Source: Minisyncoccota bacterium (lineage in GTDB: Bacteria > Patescibacteriota > Minisyncoccia > Phycocordibacterales > UBA9973). From it: a stretch of DNA of 37,026 bases. The position numbers and the translations under genes were made by a program. The notes under the pieces are model-generated. The model made no database searches. It was not told the DNA's origin and worked only from the letters and a program-made list of their open reading frames with translations. Location: the NCBI GenBank assembly GCA_040900015.1, contig JBBDZS010000001.1:1-37026 (forward strand), written 5' to 3'. Of this stretch, positions 23,719 through 32,086 are shown piece after piece. How positions within the stretch are numbered: the stretch's first letter is position 1; each line of letters opens with the position of its first letter.

Positions 23719-24723
23719 ATGAAAAACATAAAAGAGTCGTGGGCGCTCGGCAGGATATTGAGGAAAATCGCTCCGAAAATCGGAGCGAGAGTCCTAACTG
23801 AGAGCGAGTGGGGGATCGCTGGTCAGATCACCTTCAAGAGTGGCAAGAGGTCGTATTTTAGGTACAACACGTTGGACCTTAACCCGATGGGATCTTCCGA
23901 GATCGCCAAGGACAAAGGGTACGCGACCTACTTTATGAAGGCCATGGGCTATCCCGTCATTTTGGGCCAGACGTTCTTTTCCAATCGATGGGCGAAGGCG
24001 ATAGGTTCGCCTCGAAATGTTGACGCTGCGTACCGGTATGCCAAGCGCTTAGGCTTTCCGGTTATTGTTAAGCCCAACAGCGGTAGTCAAGGGTCGGGGG
24101 TGGCCCTCGTGCACAACCAGCGAGAGTTCTACCGCGCAATGCGAGCCGTATACCAGAATGATAAGGTGGCTCTGGTGCAACGGCCCGTTCACGGGCGAGA
24201 TTATCGGCTGGTCGTGCTCGACCAGAAGGTAATTTCTGCCTACGAGCGTATTCCGCTTAGCGTCGTCGGCGATGGCAAGTCGAGCGTGCTCAGGCTTCTT
24301 AAGCAAAAGCAAAAGGAGTTTGCCTCGCTCGGTCGCGATACGCAGATCAAGCTCGACGATCCGCGGATTGCCTACAAGCTTAGGCATCAGGGCTTAGGGC
24401 TCAAGTCTGTTCTTGAGAAAGGGCAGAGACTGTACCTTCTCGACAATGCGAACCTTTCGACTGGCGGAGATTCGGTGGATGTTACAAAAAAAATCCACCC
24501 CGCTTTTCGACAGATCGCAGTGCGCCTGACTCACGACATGGGCTTGCGTCTCTGTGGCGTCGACCTCATGATCGCGGGAAGTATTGAGGACAAGCCCTCG
24601 GTCTACTGGGTGATCGAGATCAACTCTGCACCAGGTCTCGACCACTACGCCAAGATCGGTGACGCTCAGGAGAAAGTGGTCAAAAAGCTGTATCTCGAAG
24701 TTCTCAGACACATGGAGCGTTGA
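23719..24723 (+). CDS. ATP-grasp ligase (RimK / cyanophycin synthetase / GshF ATP-grasp-like), GC-elevated gene
   Basis: 334 aa. DKGYATYFMKAMGYPV, PVIVKPNSGSQGSGV, DYRLVVLD, NLSTGGDSVDVT and WVIEINSAPGL are ATP-grasp elements. The G+C content is visibly higher than in the neighbouring genes. Confidence 0.8.
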   Translation: MKNIKESWALGRILRKIAPKIGARVLTESEWGIAGQITFKSGKRSYFRYNTLDLNPMGSSEIAKDKGYATYFMKAMGYPVILGQTFFSNRWAKAIGSPRNVDAAYRYAKRLGFPVIVKPNSGSQGSGVALVHNQREFYRAMRAVYQNDKVALVQRPVHGRDYRLVVLDQKVISAYERIPLSVVGDGKSSVLRLLKQKQKEFASLGRDTQIKLDDPRIAYKLRHQGLGLKSVLEKGQRLYLLDNANLSTGGDSVDVTKKIHPAFRQIAVRLTHDMGLRLCGVDLMIAGSIEDKPSVYWVIEINSAPGLDHYAKIGDAQEKVVKKLYLEVLRHMER

Positions 24724-24738
24724 GGATTTTGTAAGTCA

Positions 24739-24779
24739 TATGCGGGTGCAGTGTTACTGCGCCCGCATACTTCGTTTTA
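24739..24779 (+). terminator. Intrinsic terminator after the ATP-grasp gene
   Basis: A 14 bp stem TATGCGGGTGCAGT / ACTGCGCCCGCATA (one G-U pair) with a GTT loop, followed by CTTCGTTTT. Confidence 0.7.
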
Positions 24780-24786
24780 GTCGTTA

Positions 24787-24815
24787 TTGGCTTTTAATAT
24801 GTTTGGGAGTATATT
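24787..24815 (+). promoter_or_regulatory. Promoter TTGGCT - 17 nt - TATATT; the ATG of the dCMP deaminase gene lies 6 nt after the -10
   Basis: Hexamers at 24787-24792 and 24810-24815. The ATG is at 24822. Confidence 0.55.
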
Positions 24816-24821
24816 AAATAA

Positions 24822-25328
24822 ATGAAAAGAGAGGTTTTAAAAAAGAGTAAAAACCCGAGACCTTCCTGGGACGAATATTTCATCGGCATGGCAAACTATG
24901 TCGGCACCCGGGCTACTTGCGACCGAGGCAGAAGTGGTTGTGTGATCGTCCGTGACAAGAGAGTAGTTTCTACTGGTTATGTGGGTTCACCTCCAGGACT
25001 ACCACATTGCGATGACGTCGGCCACGAGATGCATAAAGTTATAAACGAAAATGGAATAGAGTCAATGCATTGCATTCGTACTGCCCATGCGGAACAAAAC
25101 GCTATAGCTCAAGCTGCTCGCTTCGGGGTCTCACTCGAAGGATCGACATTATATTGCAAAATGGTACCTTGTTATGTTTGCGCCAAATTGACGATTACCG
25201 CCGGAATAAAAAGAGTGATAGCTGACAATGATTATCATGTATCGAAAAGGAGCAAGGAGATACTCAAGAAAGCTGGAGTAAAACTGGAGATTATTAACAA
25301 TAAGATAGAAAAATACGCTAAACAATAA
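24822..25328 (+). CDS. dCMP deaminase (ComEB/CMP-dCMP deaminase family)
   Basis: 168 aa. WDEYF, HAEQNAI and PCYVCAK zinc-binding motifs. Confidence 0.9.
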   Translation: MKREVLKKSKNPRPSWDEYFIGMANYVGTRATCDRGRSGCVIVRDKRVVSTGYVGSPPGLPHCDDVGHEMHKVINENGIESMHCIRTAHAEQNAIAQAARFGVSLEGSTLYCKMVPCYVCAKLTITAGIKRVIADNDYHVSKRSKEILKKAGVKLEIINNKIEKYAKQ

Positions 25329-25332
25329 TTTT

Positions 25333-25662
25333 ATGGTGAACCTCAAAGAGCTTCAAAAAGAAGTGATAAGAAATAAGATAGAGAAAGGTTTTAATATGAC
25401 CGATACCGCGCTCGAATTTTGTCGGGCCCACGAAGAGCTATCGGAAGCATTTTCCAAATATAATAAAGGGCAAGACGGCGTAGCCGAAGAGTTTGCGGAT
25501 GTGATGATTTTTATTTTAGGTATGTGCGAGACGATGGGTTTTGATTTGGAAAAAGAACTTACCACTAAGATCGAAAAAAACAAGAATCGAAAGTATCGAA
25601 AAGAGAAATCTCCAGACGGTAAGGATATTTTTATTCGGATTAAGACTGAGATAGATCCCTAA
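25333..25662 (+). CDS. Small MazG-like all-alpha nucleoside triphosphate pyrophosphohydrolase
   Basis: 109 aa. HEELSEA...EEFADVMIFILGMCE matches the EExxE/D MazG-type metal-binding pattern. Confidence 0.7.
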   Translation: MVNLKELQKEVIRNKIEKGFNMTDTALEFCRAHEELSEAFSKYNKGQDGVAEEFADVMIFILGMCETMGFDLEKELTTKIEKNKNRKYRKEKSPDGKDIFIRIKTEIDP

Positions 25663-26147
25663 AACCTTTCATACACAGAAAAAGTATAAGCATGGGCGTT
25701 CTTTTCGTCCCGCTTATGTTCTTCGTGTGATGTTTCGTTCCAAACAATGGGTATTATTTCTGGGAAGAATGTGTCAGCATCTTTTCGAGTGTCGTCCACA
25801 TGGGTAATATAAAGCCGATCCGCAAGATCGATGGACTGTCTATATATTTCTGCGCCGCCGATGATGAACACCTCCTCGTTTTTGTCTTTAGACAACCCCA
25901 ATGCTTCTTCTAATGAATGTACAACCTCCGCATTTTCTACTTTATAATTATTGTCTCTAGTGATTATGATATTCCTTCTTTTTGGCAGCGGCCTCCCGAT
26001 GGATTCGAATGTTTTGCGTCCCATAATTACGGGGTGTCCGGAGGTGGTTTTAATGAAATAGGACATGTCCGCGGGCAAAGACCAGAGAAGAGTATTGTTT
26101 TTACCGAGCTCGTTATTCTTACCAATTGCGGCAATGAGAGAAATCAT
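25659..26147 (-). CDS. folA: Dihydrofolate reductase
   Basis: 162 aa. ISLIAAIGKNNELGKNNTLLW, VIMGRKTFESIG and FIIGGAEIY. Confidence 0.95.
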   Translation of the reverse strand: MISLIAAIGKNNELGKNNTLLWSLPADMSYFIKTTSGHPVIMGRKTFESIGRPLPKRRNIIITRDNNYKVENAEVVHSLEEALGLSKDKNEEVFIIGGAEIYRQSIDLADRLYITHVDDTRKDADTFFPEIIPIVWNETSHEEHKRDEKNAHAYTFSVYERF

Positions 26148-26152
26148 AAAAT

Positions 26153-27094
26153 TTATACAGCTATCGGTGCCTTAATCGAATCATGTGGATTGTAATTTAC
26201 CAGCTCAAAATCTTCTATGGTGAATTCCTCAATCTTATTTTTATTCGGATTGATTTTAAGTTGCGGAAGTGGGCGAATGTCGTTCCTACGAGAGAGTTGT
26301 AGTTTTGCCTGCTCAAAATGATTGGAATATAGATGCACATCGCCACCAGTCCAGACGAATTCGCCGGCTCCTAGCCCGCATATTTGGGCGACGAGCATAG
26401 TAAAGGTGGCGTAGGAAGCTATGTTGAATGGCACGCCGAGAAAAGTGTCGCAGGAGCGTTGATAGAGTTGGCAGGAAAGCCTCCCGTTCGATACATAAAA
26501 CTGGAAAAAACAGTGACACGGAGGCAGGCCGGCTTTCTCCATCTCCTCTAAGTCCGCTACATTCCACGCGGACACGATCAGCCTGCGAGAGTCAGGATTA
26601 CTTTTTATCTGCTCTATCACTTGAGCTAGTTGGTCTATGTGTTTGCCGTTCGGAGCTGGCCAGCTTCGCCATTGGTATCCATAAATAGGCCCCAGGTTGC
26701 CGTAATCCTTCGCAAAATTCTCGTCCTTTTTTATTTTTTCAATAAATTCTTTTATGCCAGAGTTCCACTCATCGGACCCGGTGGGCGGTATGGGTAAATT
26801 ATTTCTTTTCAGGTATGCCTTGAAAGGCCATTCATCCCAAATGTGTACATTGTTATCGGCAAGATATTTTAAATTCGTGTCGCCACGCATAAACCATAGA
26901 AGTTCGTGGATTATCGATTTGATAGGCACTTTTTTAGTAGTAAGAAGGGGAAAGCCGTCCGCTAAGTCGAAACGCATTTGATAGCCAAGCACACTTTTCG
27001 TGCCTGTGCCCGTACGGTCGGTCTTTGCTGCCCCATTTTTCATTATGTGCTCCAGTAGATCCAGATAAGATTCATCTGCATGTTTGCTTTGCAT
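26153..27094 (-). CDS. thyA: Thymidylate synthase (ThyA type)
   Basis: 313 aa. [23 protein letters not shown] and DVHLYSNH. The minus-strand TACAAT lies 6 nt upstream of the ATG. Confidence 0.95.
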   Translation of the reverse strand: MQSKHADESYLDLLEHIMKNGAAKTDRTGTGTKSVLGYQMRFDLADGFPLLTTKKVPIKSIIHELLWFMRGDTNLKYLADNNVHIWDEWPFKAYLKRNNLPIPPTGSDEWNSGIKEFIEKIKKDENFAKDYGNLGPIYGYQWRSWPAPNGKHIDQLAQVIEQIKSNPDSRRLIVSAWNVADLEEMEKAGLPPCHCFFQFYVSNGRLSCQLYQRSCDTFLGVPFNIASYATFTMLVAQICGLGAGEFVWTGGDVHLYSNHFEQAKLQLSRRNDIRPLPQLKINPNKNKIEEFTIEDFELVNYNPHDSIKAPIAV

Positions 27095-27132
27095 ATTGCT
27101 ATTGTAGCTTACGGGAAGGATTTAATAAAACA

Positions 27133-27161
27133 TTGACATTAACCGCTGAAAATGCTATACT
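27133..27161 (+). promoter_or_regulatory. Consensus-like promoter TTGACA - 17 nt - TGcTATACT for the DEAD-box helicase
   Basis: Hexamers at 27133-27138 and 27156-27161. A 43 nt leader follows, with a GGGAG SD before the ATG at 27205. Confidence 0.65.
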
Positions 27162-27204
27162 TTATATATCATTCTCACCTATACATATTTGGGAGTGACC
27201 CATT

Positions 27205-28461
27205 ATGTACGCAAACCATCCTAAAAAAGGACTAAAGAAATTTGGTCGTTCCGCATCGTCATTTAAATCCCCTGCCCGCGCAGGCGGGAAGCCTCGTTTT
27301 GGCGCGAGGCGTTTTCCTATTGCGAAGGGCAAGCGCTCCCGAGGAGAACGCATTGATTTTTCGCGTTTCATTAAGAAAGCCGAACATATCGAGGAGAGGC
27401 CGTATGTGGCTACTCATACTTTTGCCGATTTTCCTTTTAACGACCAAATTCAAGCGAATATTTTAAGGACTGGGTTTATCCATCCACGACCGATTCAGGA
27501 TCAGGCGATACCTACGGTGCTTCAAGGAGGGGATGTTTTCGGTATGGCAAATACGGGTACGGGTAAGACCGCGGCTTTTCTTCTACCACTCATCGAAAAA
27601 ATATACAGGACTAAGGGTAAGAGCAAGAGAGAAATTGTGCTAATAATGGCGCCGACTCGCGAGCTCGCGCTCCAGATCGAGGCAGACTTCAAGAAACTTG
27701 CTTTCGGGCTCGGAATGTTTTCTGTGTGTTGTGTTGGTGGTTTGCCGATAATGCGACAAATATCCGAGATTAAGAGAGGAGTTTCATTCGTCATAGGTAC
27801 ACCAGGCAGACTACGAGACCTGATCGAGAAAAAAGTTTTGGATCTGGCCACCTGCCACAGTGTGGTCTTAGACGAAGCGGACCGAATGCTAGATATGGGA
27901 TTTCGTGACGATATGATTTTTATTATCGGCAAGACGAGCGGGGAGAGGCAGACACTGTTTTTCTCTGCGACTCTTTCTCCGGAAATTAAGAAATTGACGG
28001 CTCAATATTTGAAGGACCCAGTTTTCATTTCTGTCATCTCGGGTGAAACAGCCAAGAATATAGATCAGGATGTGATCCGCACGCGTACTCGCGAAGAGAG
28101 GCTGGATCGATTGCATGAAGTACTCAAGGCAGATGGATCCGACAAGGTACTTATTTTCTGTGAAATGAAACACAGCGTGGATACCCTCACCAAGGATTTA
28201 GCCAAGTTTGGTTTTAAAGTAGGATGCATTCACGGCGACAAGAGAAGCCGGGAGCGTATTCGAACTTTGGATTTGTTCAAACAAGATAAAATAAATATTT
28301 TAATTGCGACCGATGTGGCGGCAAGAGGCTTAGACATTCCAGATGTGACTCACGTAATTAACTACGACGTGCCTCAGACTTACGATACTTATGTGCACCG
28401 TATCGGCCGAACTGGCCGTTCTGGCAAAAAAGGCACTGCGCTTACTTTCGTACCTGGGTAA
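27205..28461 (+). CDS. DEAD-box ATP-dependent RNA helicase with a basic N-terminal extension
   Basis: 418 aa. Q motif, ANTGTGKT, PTRELA, DEAD, SAT and HRIGRTGR. Confidence 0.9.
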   Translation: MYANHPKKGLKKFGRSASSFKSPARAGGKPRFGARRFPIAKGKRSRGERIDFSRFIKKAEHIEERPYVATHTFADFPFNDQIQANILRTGFIHPRPIQDQAIPTVLQGGDVFGMANTGTGKTAAFLLPLIEKIYRTKGKSKREIVLIMAPTRELALQIEADFKKLAFGLGMFSVCCVGGLPIMRQISEIKRGVSFVIGTPGRLRDLIEKKVLDLATCHSVVLDEADRMLDMGFRDDMIFIIGKTSGERQTLFFSATLSPEIKKLTAQYLKDPVFISVISGETAKNIDQDVIRTRTREERLDRLHEVLKADGSDKVLIFCEMKHSVDTLTKDLAKFGFKVGCIHGDKRSRERIRTLDLFKQDKINILIATDVAARGLDIPDVTHVINYDVPQTYDTYVHRIGRTGRSGKKGTALTFVPG

Positions 28462-28491
28462 TAATAAAGATTTTGTACTAAATAACCGACC

Positions 28492-28519
28492 TTGCTAGTG
28501 CCTCTTGTTTGTATATAAT
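28492..28519 (+). promoter_or_regulatory. Promoter TTGCTA - 16 nt - TATAAT; the ATG lies 6 nt after the -10
   Basis: Hexamers at 28492-28497 and 28514-28519. The ATG is at 28526. Confidence 0.55.
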
Positions 28520-28525
28520 TAGTAA

Positions 28526-29572
28526 ATGCTGGGCAATTTTACCTTTAAATTCGCACCTAAACCTTCTGCCACAAAAGAAGGTTTGCCACCAACTGAGGAA
28601 GGTCTGACTGAAAACTTGGAAGCTATATGGGCGAAAGAAAGAAAAGAAGGCGACCCAGAAATAAAGGTTTGTTTTGTTTTTGGTTATCATTACAACAATC
28701 TGGATCTAACAGAGCTTAAAAAAGAATACGCAGATGCAGACGTATTCATTCCTGAAAGTGCTGGTGCCGGAGATATCGGCGAAAAACTGTATCAAAATGT
28801 ATCTGCGGGTATTTGGTCGGTAGATGAGCTAGAAAAGAAAGTACCATACCTGGGAGATTTTACTTTTGCATTATTGCGAATGATTTATAACTCCAAAAAG
28901 TCTGTAGTAGTAGCCGATGTTCCTTCTAGGCATAGTTCTGTTGTGGAGCAAGAAGCAATTATAGAATTAAGCAAGAAGCAATTAGCTATCAAATCGCTAC
29001 AGGAGAAAGTATCTCTGATGAAAGAAAGCATCATTAGGCAAGTTGCAGCAAATACAGAAAGAGATAACTTTATAGCTCAACAGATACCCAGAAGACTTAG
29101 GAAGTTAATTGATGGTAATTCAAAAATAAGGACAAAGGCTTCACTTAAGGTTCTTGTTTTCCTTGGAATAATCCACACTCCTGTTTTTGCAAAAATGCAG
29201 AGGTCTAAAAAACCTGAAGTTTCAAGAAAATTTGAATTAGATGGGTCTAGCTTTTCCGTTTTCCAACATACTGACGAATTATTCAGAAGAATCATGGCTG
29301 GCCAGGTAGCTGATTCCATAAGTGCTGAGTTGTGGGAGAAAGCCGTATTTGGTTCTGAACTAGGTCATTACCTACTTGTTTATTATCGTTCCGAAATCAA
29401 AAAAATAAGCGGTAAAAAATTAATAGATATAGTACGCAAGATTCCAGAGTCTTTTACGAGAGATGATATTAGAACCGTATATAATTCAGTTGAAAAGGGC
29501 GAGAATTTTATGCTAGCATTTTTGGGTGTTTGCAAGTCTAAAAATATCGATGTAAGTGGTTTGTTTAACTAA
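28526..29572 (+). CDS. Hypothetical protein, 348 aa, no family recognised
   Basis: A long ORF with native AT-rich composition and a leaderless-type promoter. I can name no diagnostic motif. FGYHY...DVFIPESAG is only faintly reminiscent of TraB/GumN/Tiki-type proteins. Confidence 0.6.
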   Translation: MLGNFTFKFAPKPSATKEGLPPTEEGLTENLEAIWAKERKEGDPEIKVCFVFGYHYNNLDLTELKKEYADADVFIPESAGAGDIGEKLYQNVSAGIWSVDELEKKVPYLGDFTFALLRMIYNSKKSVVVADVPSRHSSVVEQEAIIELSKKQLAIKSLQEKVSLMKESIIRQVAANTERDNFIAQQIPRRLRKLIDGNSKIRTKASLKVLVFLGIIHTPVFAKMQRSKKPEVSRKFELDGSSFSVFQHTDELFRRIMAGQVADSISAELWEKAVFGSELGHYLLVYYRSEIKKISGKKLIDIVRKIPESFTRDDIRTVYNSVEKGENFMLAFLGVCKSKNIDVSGLFN

Positions 29573-29611
29573 ATTCGATTTATATTTTTTATTACTTACT
29601 CAACTTCCCAT

Positions 29612-29651
29612 CTAAAACCAAAGAAGCCCCGAAGACCCCTTTGGGACCTTC
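29612..29651 (-). terminator. Strand-specific hairpin plus T-rich tail downstream of the zinc-ribbon ORF
   Basis: The minus-strand RNA would form GAAGGUCCC-AAA-GGGGUCUUC (9 bp, two G-U pairs), followed by GGGGCTTCTTTGGTTTT. On the plus strand the same positions would be A-C mismatches. Confidence 0.4.
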
Positions 29652-29670
29652 AGGACTCGTTGCGGTCCGC

Positions 29671-29901
29671 CTAGTGGCGGACACGATTGCTCCTGCACCC
29701 CCGCGCGAACCAGAGCGCGCGACCGATGCATTCGTCGCCGCAGTAATCCCCCGGATGTGGGGGCCTGCCGTCTCTCCCCGCATCGTCGGGTGGGAGCTCG
29801 TAGTAGAGGACTCCGGTAGGAATCCTCCCATCACACCACCTACACTTGAGTGGCTTTTCAGCCTTTTTCCAAGCGCTGGCTTTTGTTGCTTCGATTTGCA
29901 T
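29671..29901 (-). CDS. Small Cys4 zinc-ribbon protein (TRASH/FCS-like spacing), GC-rich island 3
   Basis: 76 aa with CRWC...x29...CGDEC. GGAGG lies 6 nt upstream of the ATG. A promoter-like element and a hairpin flank the ORF. Confidence 0.55.
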   Translation of the reverse strand: MQIEATKASAWKKAEKPLKCRWCDGRIPTGVLYYELPPDDAGRDGRPPHPGDYCGDECIGRALWFARGCRSNRVRH

Positions 29902-29918
29902 CCGACGCCTCCGAAATT

Positions 29919-29946
29919 ACTATATACCCATTTAGGATTTTTTCAA
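29919..29946 (-). promoter_or_regulatory. Promoter-like element on the minus strand (TTGAAA - 16 nt - TATAGT) for the zinc-ribbon ORF
   Basis: The reverse complement of 29941-29946 reads TTGAAA, and that of 29919-29924 reads TATAGT. Confidence 0.45.
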
Positions 29947-29973
29947 GAAAACAAAAACCCCGTTTTGGCGGGG
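29947..29973 (-). terminator. Intrinsic terminator of rpmB
   Basis: The minus strand reads CCCCG-CCAAAA-CGGGG followed by TTTTTGTTTTCTT, 15 nt after the rpmB stop codon. Confidence 0.7.
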
Positions 29974-29987
29974 CTCTTGGAGGTTAA

Positions 29988-30239
29988 TTATTTAGCCTGG
30001 ATCAGTCCAGCTTTAAGGAGAGTGACATAGGCGCCTCTTTTCTTCATCGTGCGCATGCCCCTAGTAGTTATTTCTATGTTGACGGTCTTTCCAAGTTCAG
30101 GAATAAAAACCTTCTTCTTTTGAAGATTTATATATTTTCGTTTCTTGCCGGTAGGGTTGAACTGAGTCGCACGAGTACGATTTGAGTATCCGCCTCCGAC
30201 GATCGAGCCCTTATTTGTAACTGCGCATCTTTTCGCCAT
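29988..30239 (-). CDS. rpmB: 50S ribosomal protein L28
   Basis: 83 aa. MAKRCAVTNKG...GGGYSNRTRATQFNPTGKKRKYINLQKKK is bL28-like. Confidence 0.9.
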   Translation of the reverse strand: MAKRCAVTNKGSIVGGGYSNRTRATQFNPTGKKRKYINLQKKKVFIPELGKTVNIEITTRGMRTMKKRGAYVTLLKAGLIQAK

Positions 30240-30314
30240 CCCATTAAAAAATTAAAATAATAAATACTTTCATAAGCTTGCTCTATTTTTAACGGGACAC
30301 GGTAGTTTTTCTTG

Positions 30315-30344
30315 CCCCGTACAAAGCTTAGCTTTTGTATGGGG
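30315..30344. repeat. 13 bp hairpin in the divergent rpmB / M50 protease intergenic region
   Basis: CCCCGTACAAAGC-tta-GCTTTTGTATGGGG, with one bulged T and one G-U pair. No U-tract follows on either strand. Confidence 0.5.
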
Positions 30345-30369
30345 TTATGCTATCATTATAAATACGATT

Positions 30370-30990
30370 ATGCAAGCCATCGATGCGGTTTTTTATATAG
30401 CCATACTGGTAATGTCTATTGTCATACACGAGATATCGCACGGGTTTGCAGCCGAGTATTTCGGCGATAAGACAGCCCGTCATGCAGGCAGATTGACTCT
30501 AAATCCAATCAAGCATCTCGATCTTTTCGGCTCAATTTTATTACCAGCATTTTTGGTGCTTACGAAGGCAGGTTTTCTTTTCGGATGGGCCAAGCCGGTG
30601 CCTTACAATCCGGATAATTTGAGCAACCGCAAGTGGGGGAGCTTCGCCGTGGCCGCGGCAGGAATACTCGCTAACTTTTTCATTGCTATTATTTTCGGGC
30701 TGATAATTCGGTTTTCTGTAGGGGCAATAGATTCCGCACCGTTTTATTTCATCACTTCGACTATCGTTCTTTTGAACTTGGCTCTGGGTATATTTAACCT
30801 CATTCCCATACCGCCACTCGATGGATCGAAGATACTTTTCTCGCTTTTACCTTACTCATATCAAAATGTGATTGATTTTATCGAGCAGTATTCCCTTATT
30901 CTCTTGGTCGTCGTCGTAGTCTTTCTATCTAGGTTCTTGTTTCCGGTTTTGTCCTTCTTGTTCACTTTGCTTACTGGGCTGCCCATATAG
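30370..30990 (+). CDS. Site-2 protease family (peptidase M50) membrane metalloprotease
   Basis: 206 aa. HEISHG (HExxH) in TM1 and a NLIPIPPLDGSK motif. Confidence 0.9.
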   Translation: MQAIDAVFYIAILVMSIVIHEISHGFAAEYFGDKTARHAGRLTLNPIKHLDLFGSILLPAFLVLTKAGFLFGWAKPVPYNPDNLSNRKWGSFAVAAAGILANFFIAIIFGLIIRFSVGAIDSAPFYFITSTIVLLNLALGIFNLIPIPPLDGSKILFSLLPYSYQNVIDFIEQYSLILLVVVVVFLSRFLFPVLSFLFTLLTGLPI

Positions 30991-31085
30991 GGGGTCGCAG
31001 TTGCATTTTTAAGGCTTTTATAGTAGATTATTCTAGTGCTTAATTGGAGTCTTCGGACTCTTTTATTTTACGCAAACAGTATTTT

Positions 31086-31511
31086 ATGCCAACAATTAAC
31101 CAATTAATAAAGAAAAGTCGGGTCAAGACCCACCGCAAATCCAAGACTGTGGCATTGGCGCGCGGGTTCAATGTGCTTCAGAACCGCCCCGTATTCTTTC
31201 CTGCGCCTTTCAAGAGAGGGGTTTGCACCAAGGTTTCCACCACCACACCAAAAAAGCCTAACTCTGCGCTTCGAAAGATTGCTCGGGTAAGACTTACCAA
31301 CGGCATGGAGGTGACTGCATATATTCCCGGAGAAGGACACAATTTACAAGAACACTCTGTGGTAATGCTCCGAGGAGGACGCGTGAAGGACTTGATCGGA
31401 GTCCGATATCACATCGTGCGTGGTGTGCTCGACACCCAAGGAGTGGAGAAACGAAGACAGGGCCGATCTTTATACGGAAACAAGAAGCCTAAGGCTGGAG
31501 CAAAGAAATAA
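31086..31511 (+). CDS. rpsL: 30S ribosomal protein S12
   Basis: Start trimmed to the ATG at 31086 ([10 protein letters not shown]...). [10 protein letters not shown] and the C-terminal RGVLDTQGV are uS12 hallmarks. Confidence 0.95.
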   Translation: MPTINQLIKKSRVKTHRKSKTVALARGFNVLQNRPVFFPAPFKRGVCTKVSTTTPKKPNSALRKIARVRLTNGMEVTAYIPGEGHNLQEHSVVMLRGGRVKDLIGVRYHIVRGVLDTQGVEKRRQGRSLYGNKKPKAGAKK

Positions 31512-31521
31512 TTTATAAAAT

Positions 31522-31992
31522 ATGAGACGCAAAGTAAAAAATAGAAATATAGTAGAACCGGATTTTATATACAACTCCCAAAAGTTGGAGAAATTTATCA
31601 ATTACATTATGTGGTCCGGCAAGAAGGAAACATCTCGCAAGGTCATGTACGCTGCACTCGACACTATCAAAGAAAAAACAGGCAACCCCAATCCTTTGGA
31701 AGTTTTCGATTTAGCTATGAAAAACGCCGGTCCGATGACCGAAGTTCGCTCCAAGAGAATCGGAGGCGCCAACTATCAGGTGCCTCGCGAAGTGCGCCCC
31801 GAGCGCAGGCTCGCTCTTGCTATGCGTTGGATTCGCGATGCCTCTCGAGGAGGCAAGGGCAAGCCTATGCACATCAAGCTCGCCGATGAACTTATCGCCG
31901 CTTCCAAGAACGAAGGCTCGGCAATCAAAAAGAAAGAAGATACTCACAAGATGGCCGAAGCCAACAAAGCCTTCGCCCACTTTGCTTGGTAG
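31522..31992 (+). CDS. rpsG: 30S ribosomal protein S7
   Basis: 156 aa. GKKETSRKVMYAAL, RIGGANYQVPREV and the C-terminal AFAHFAW. Confidence 0.95.
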   Translation: MRRKVKNRNIVEPDFIYNSQKLEKFINYIMWSGKKETSRKVMYAALDTIKEKTGNPNPLEVFDLAMKNAGPMTEVRSKRIGGANYQVPREVRPERRLALAMRWIRDASRGGKGKPMHIKLADELIAASKNEGSAIKKKEDTHKMAEANKAFAHFAW

Positions 31993-32037
31993 GGTTCGCT
32001 CACTGCTTTTGCAACTTTTATAATTAAAACACATTTT

Positions 32038-32067
32038 TACACATATACGCTATAGCGTATATGTGTA
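32038..32067. repeat. Perfect 30 bp palindrome (P1) immediately upstream of the Cas2-like ORF promoter
   Basis: TACACATATACGCTA|TAGCGTATATGTGTA. It ends 4 nt before TGaTATAAT. Confidence 0.9.
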
Positions 32068-32071
32068 TCTT

Positions 32072-32080
32072 TGATATAAT
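32072..32080 (+). promoter_or_regulatory. Extended -10 promoter TGaTATAAT; the ATG lies 6 nt downstream
   Basis: TG at 32072-32073, TATAAT at 32075-32080, ATG at 32087. Confidence 0.55.
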
Positions 32081-32086
32081 GTTTTT

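Noticed and set aside
29592-30030. ORFs 29592-29834 (-) and 29641-30030 (+) in GC island 3.
   Set aside because: They are off-frame products of GC-rich DNA (Gly/Ala/Arg/Pro/Ser-rich). The + ORF runs through the rpmB terminator into rpmB antisense. The 29671-29901 (-) frame is the one with an SD, a promoter and a Cys4 motif.
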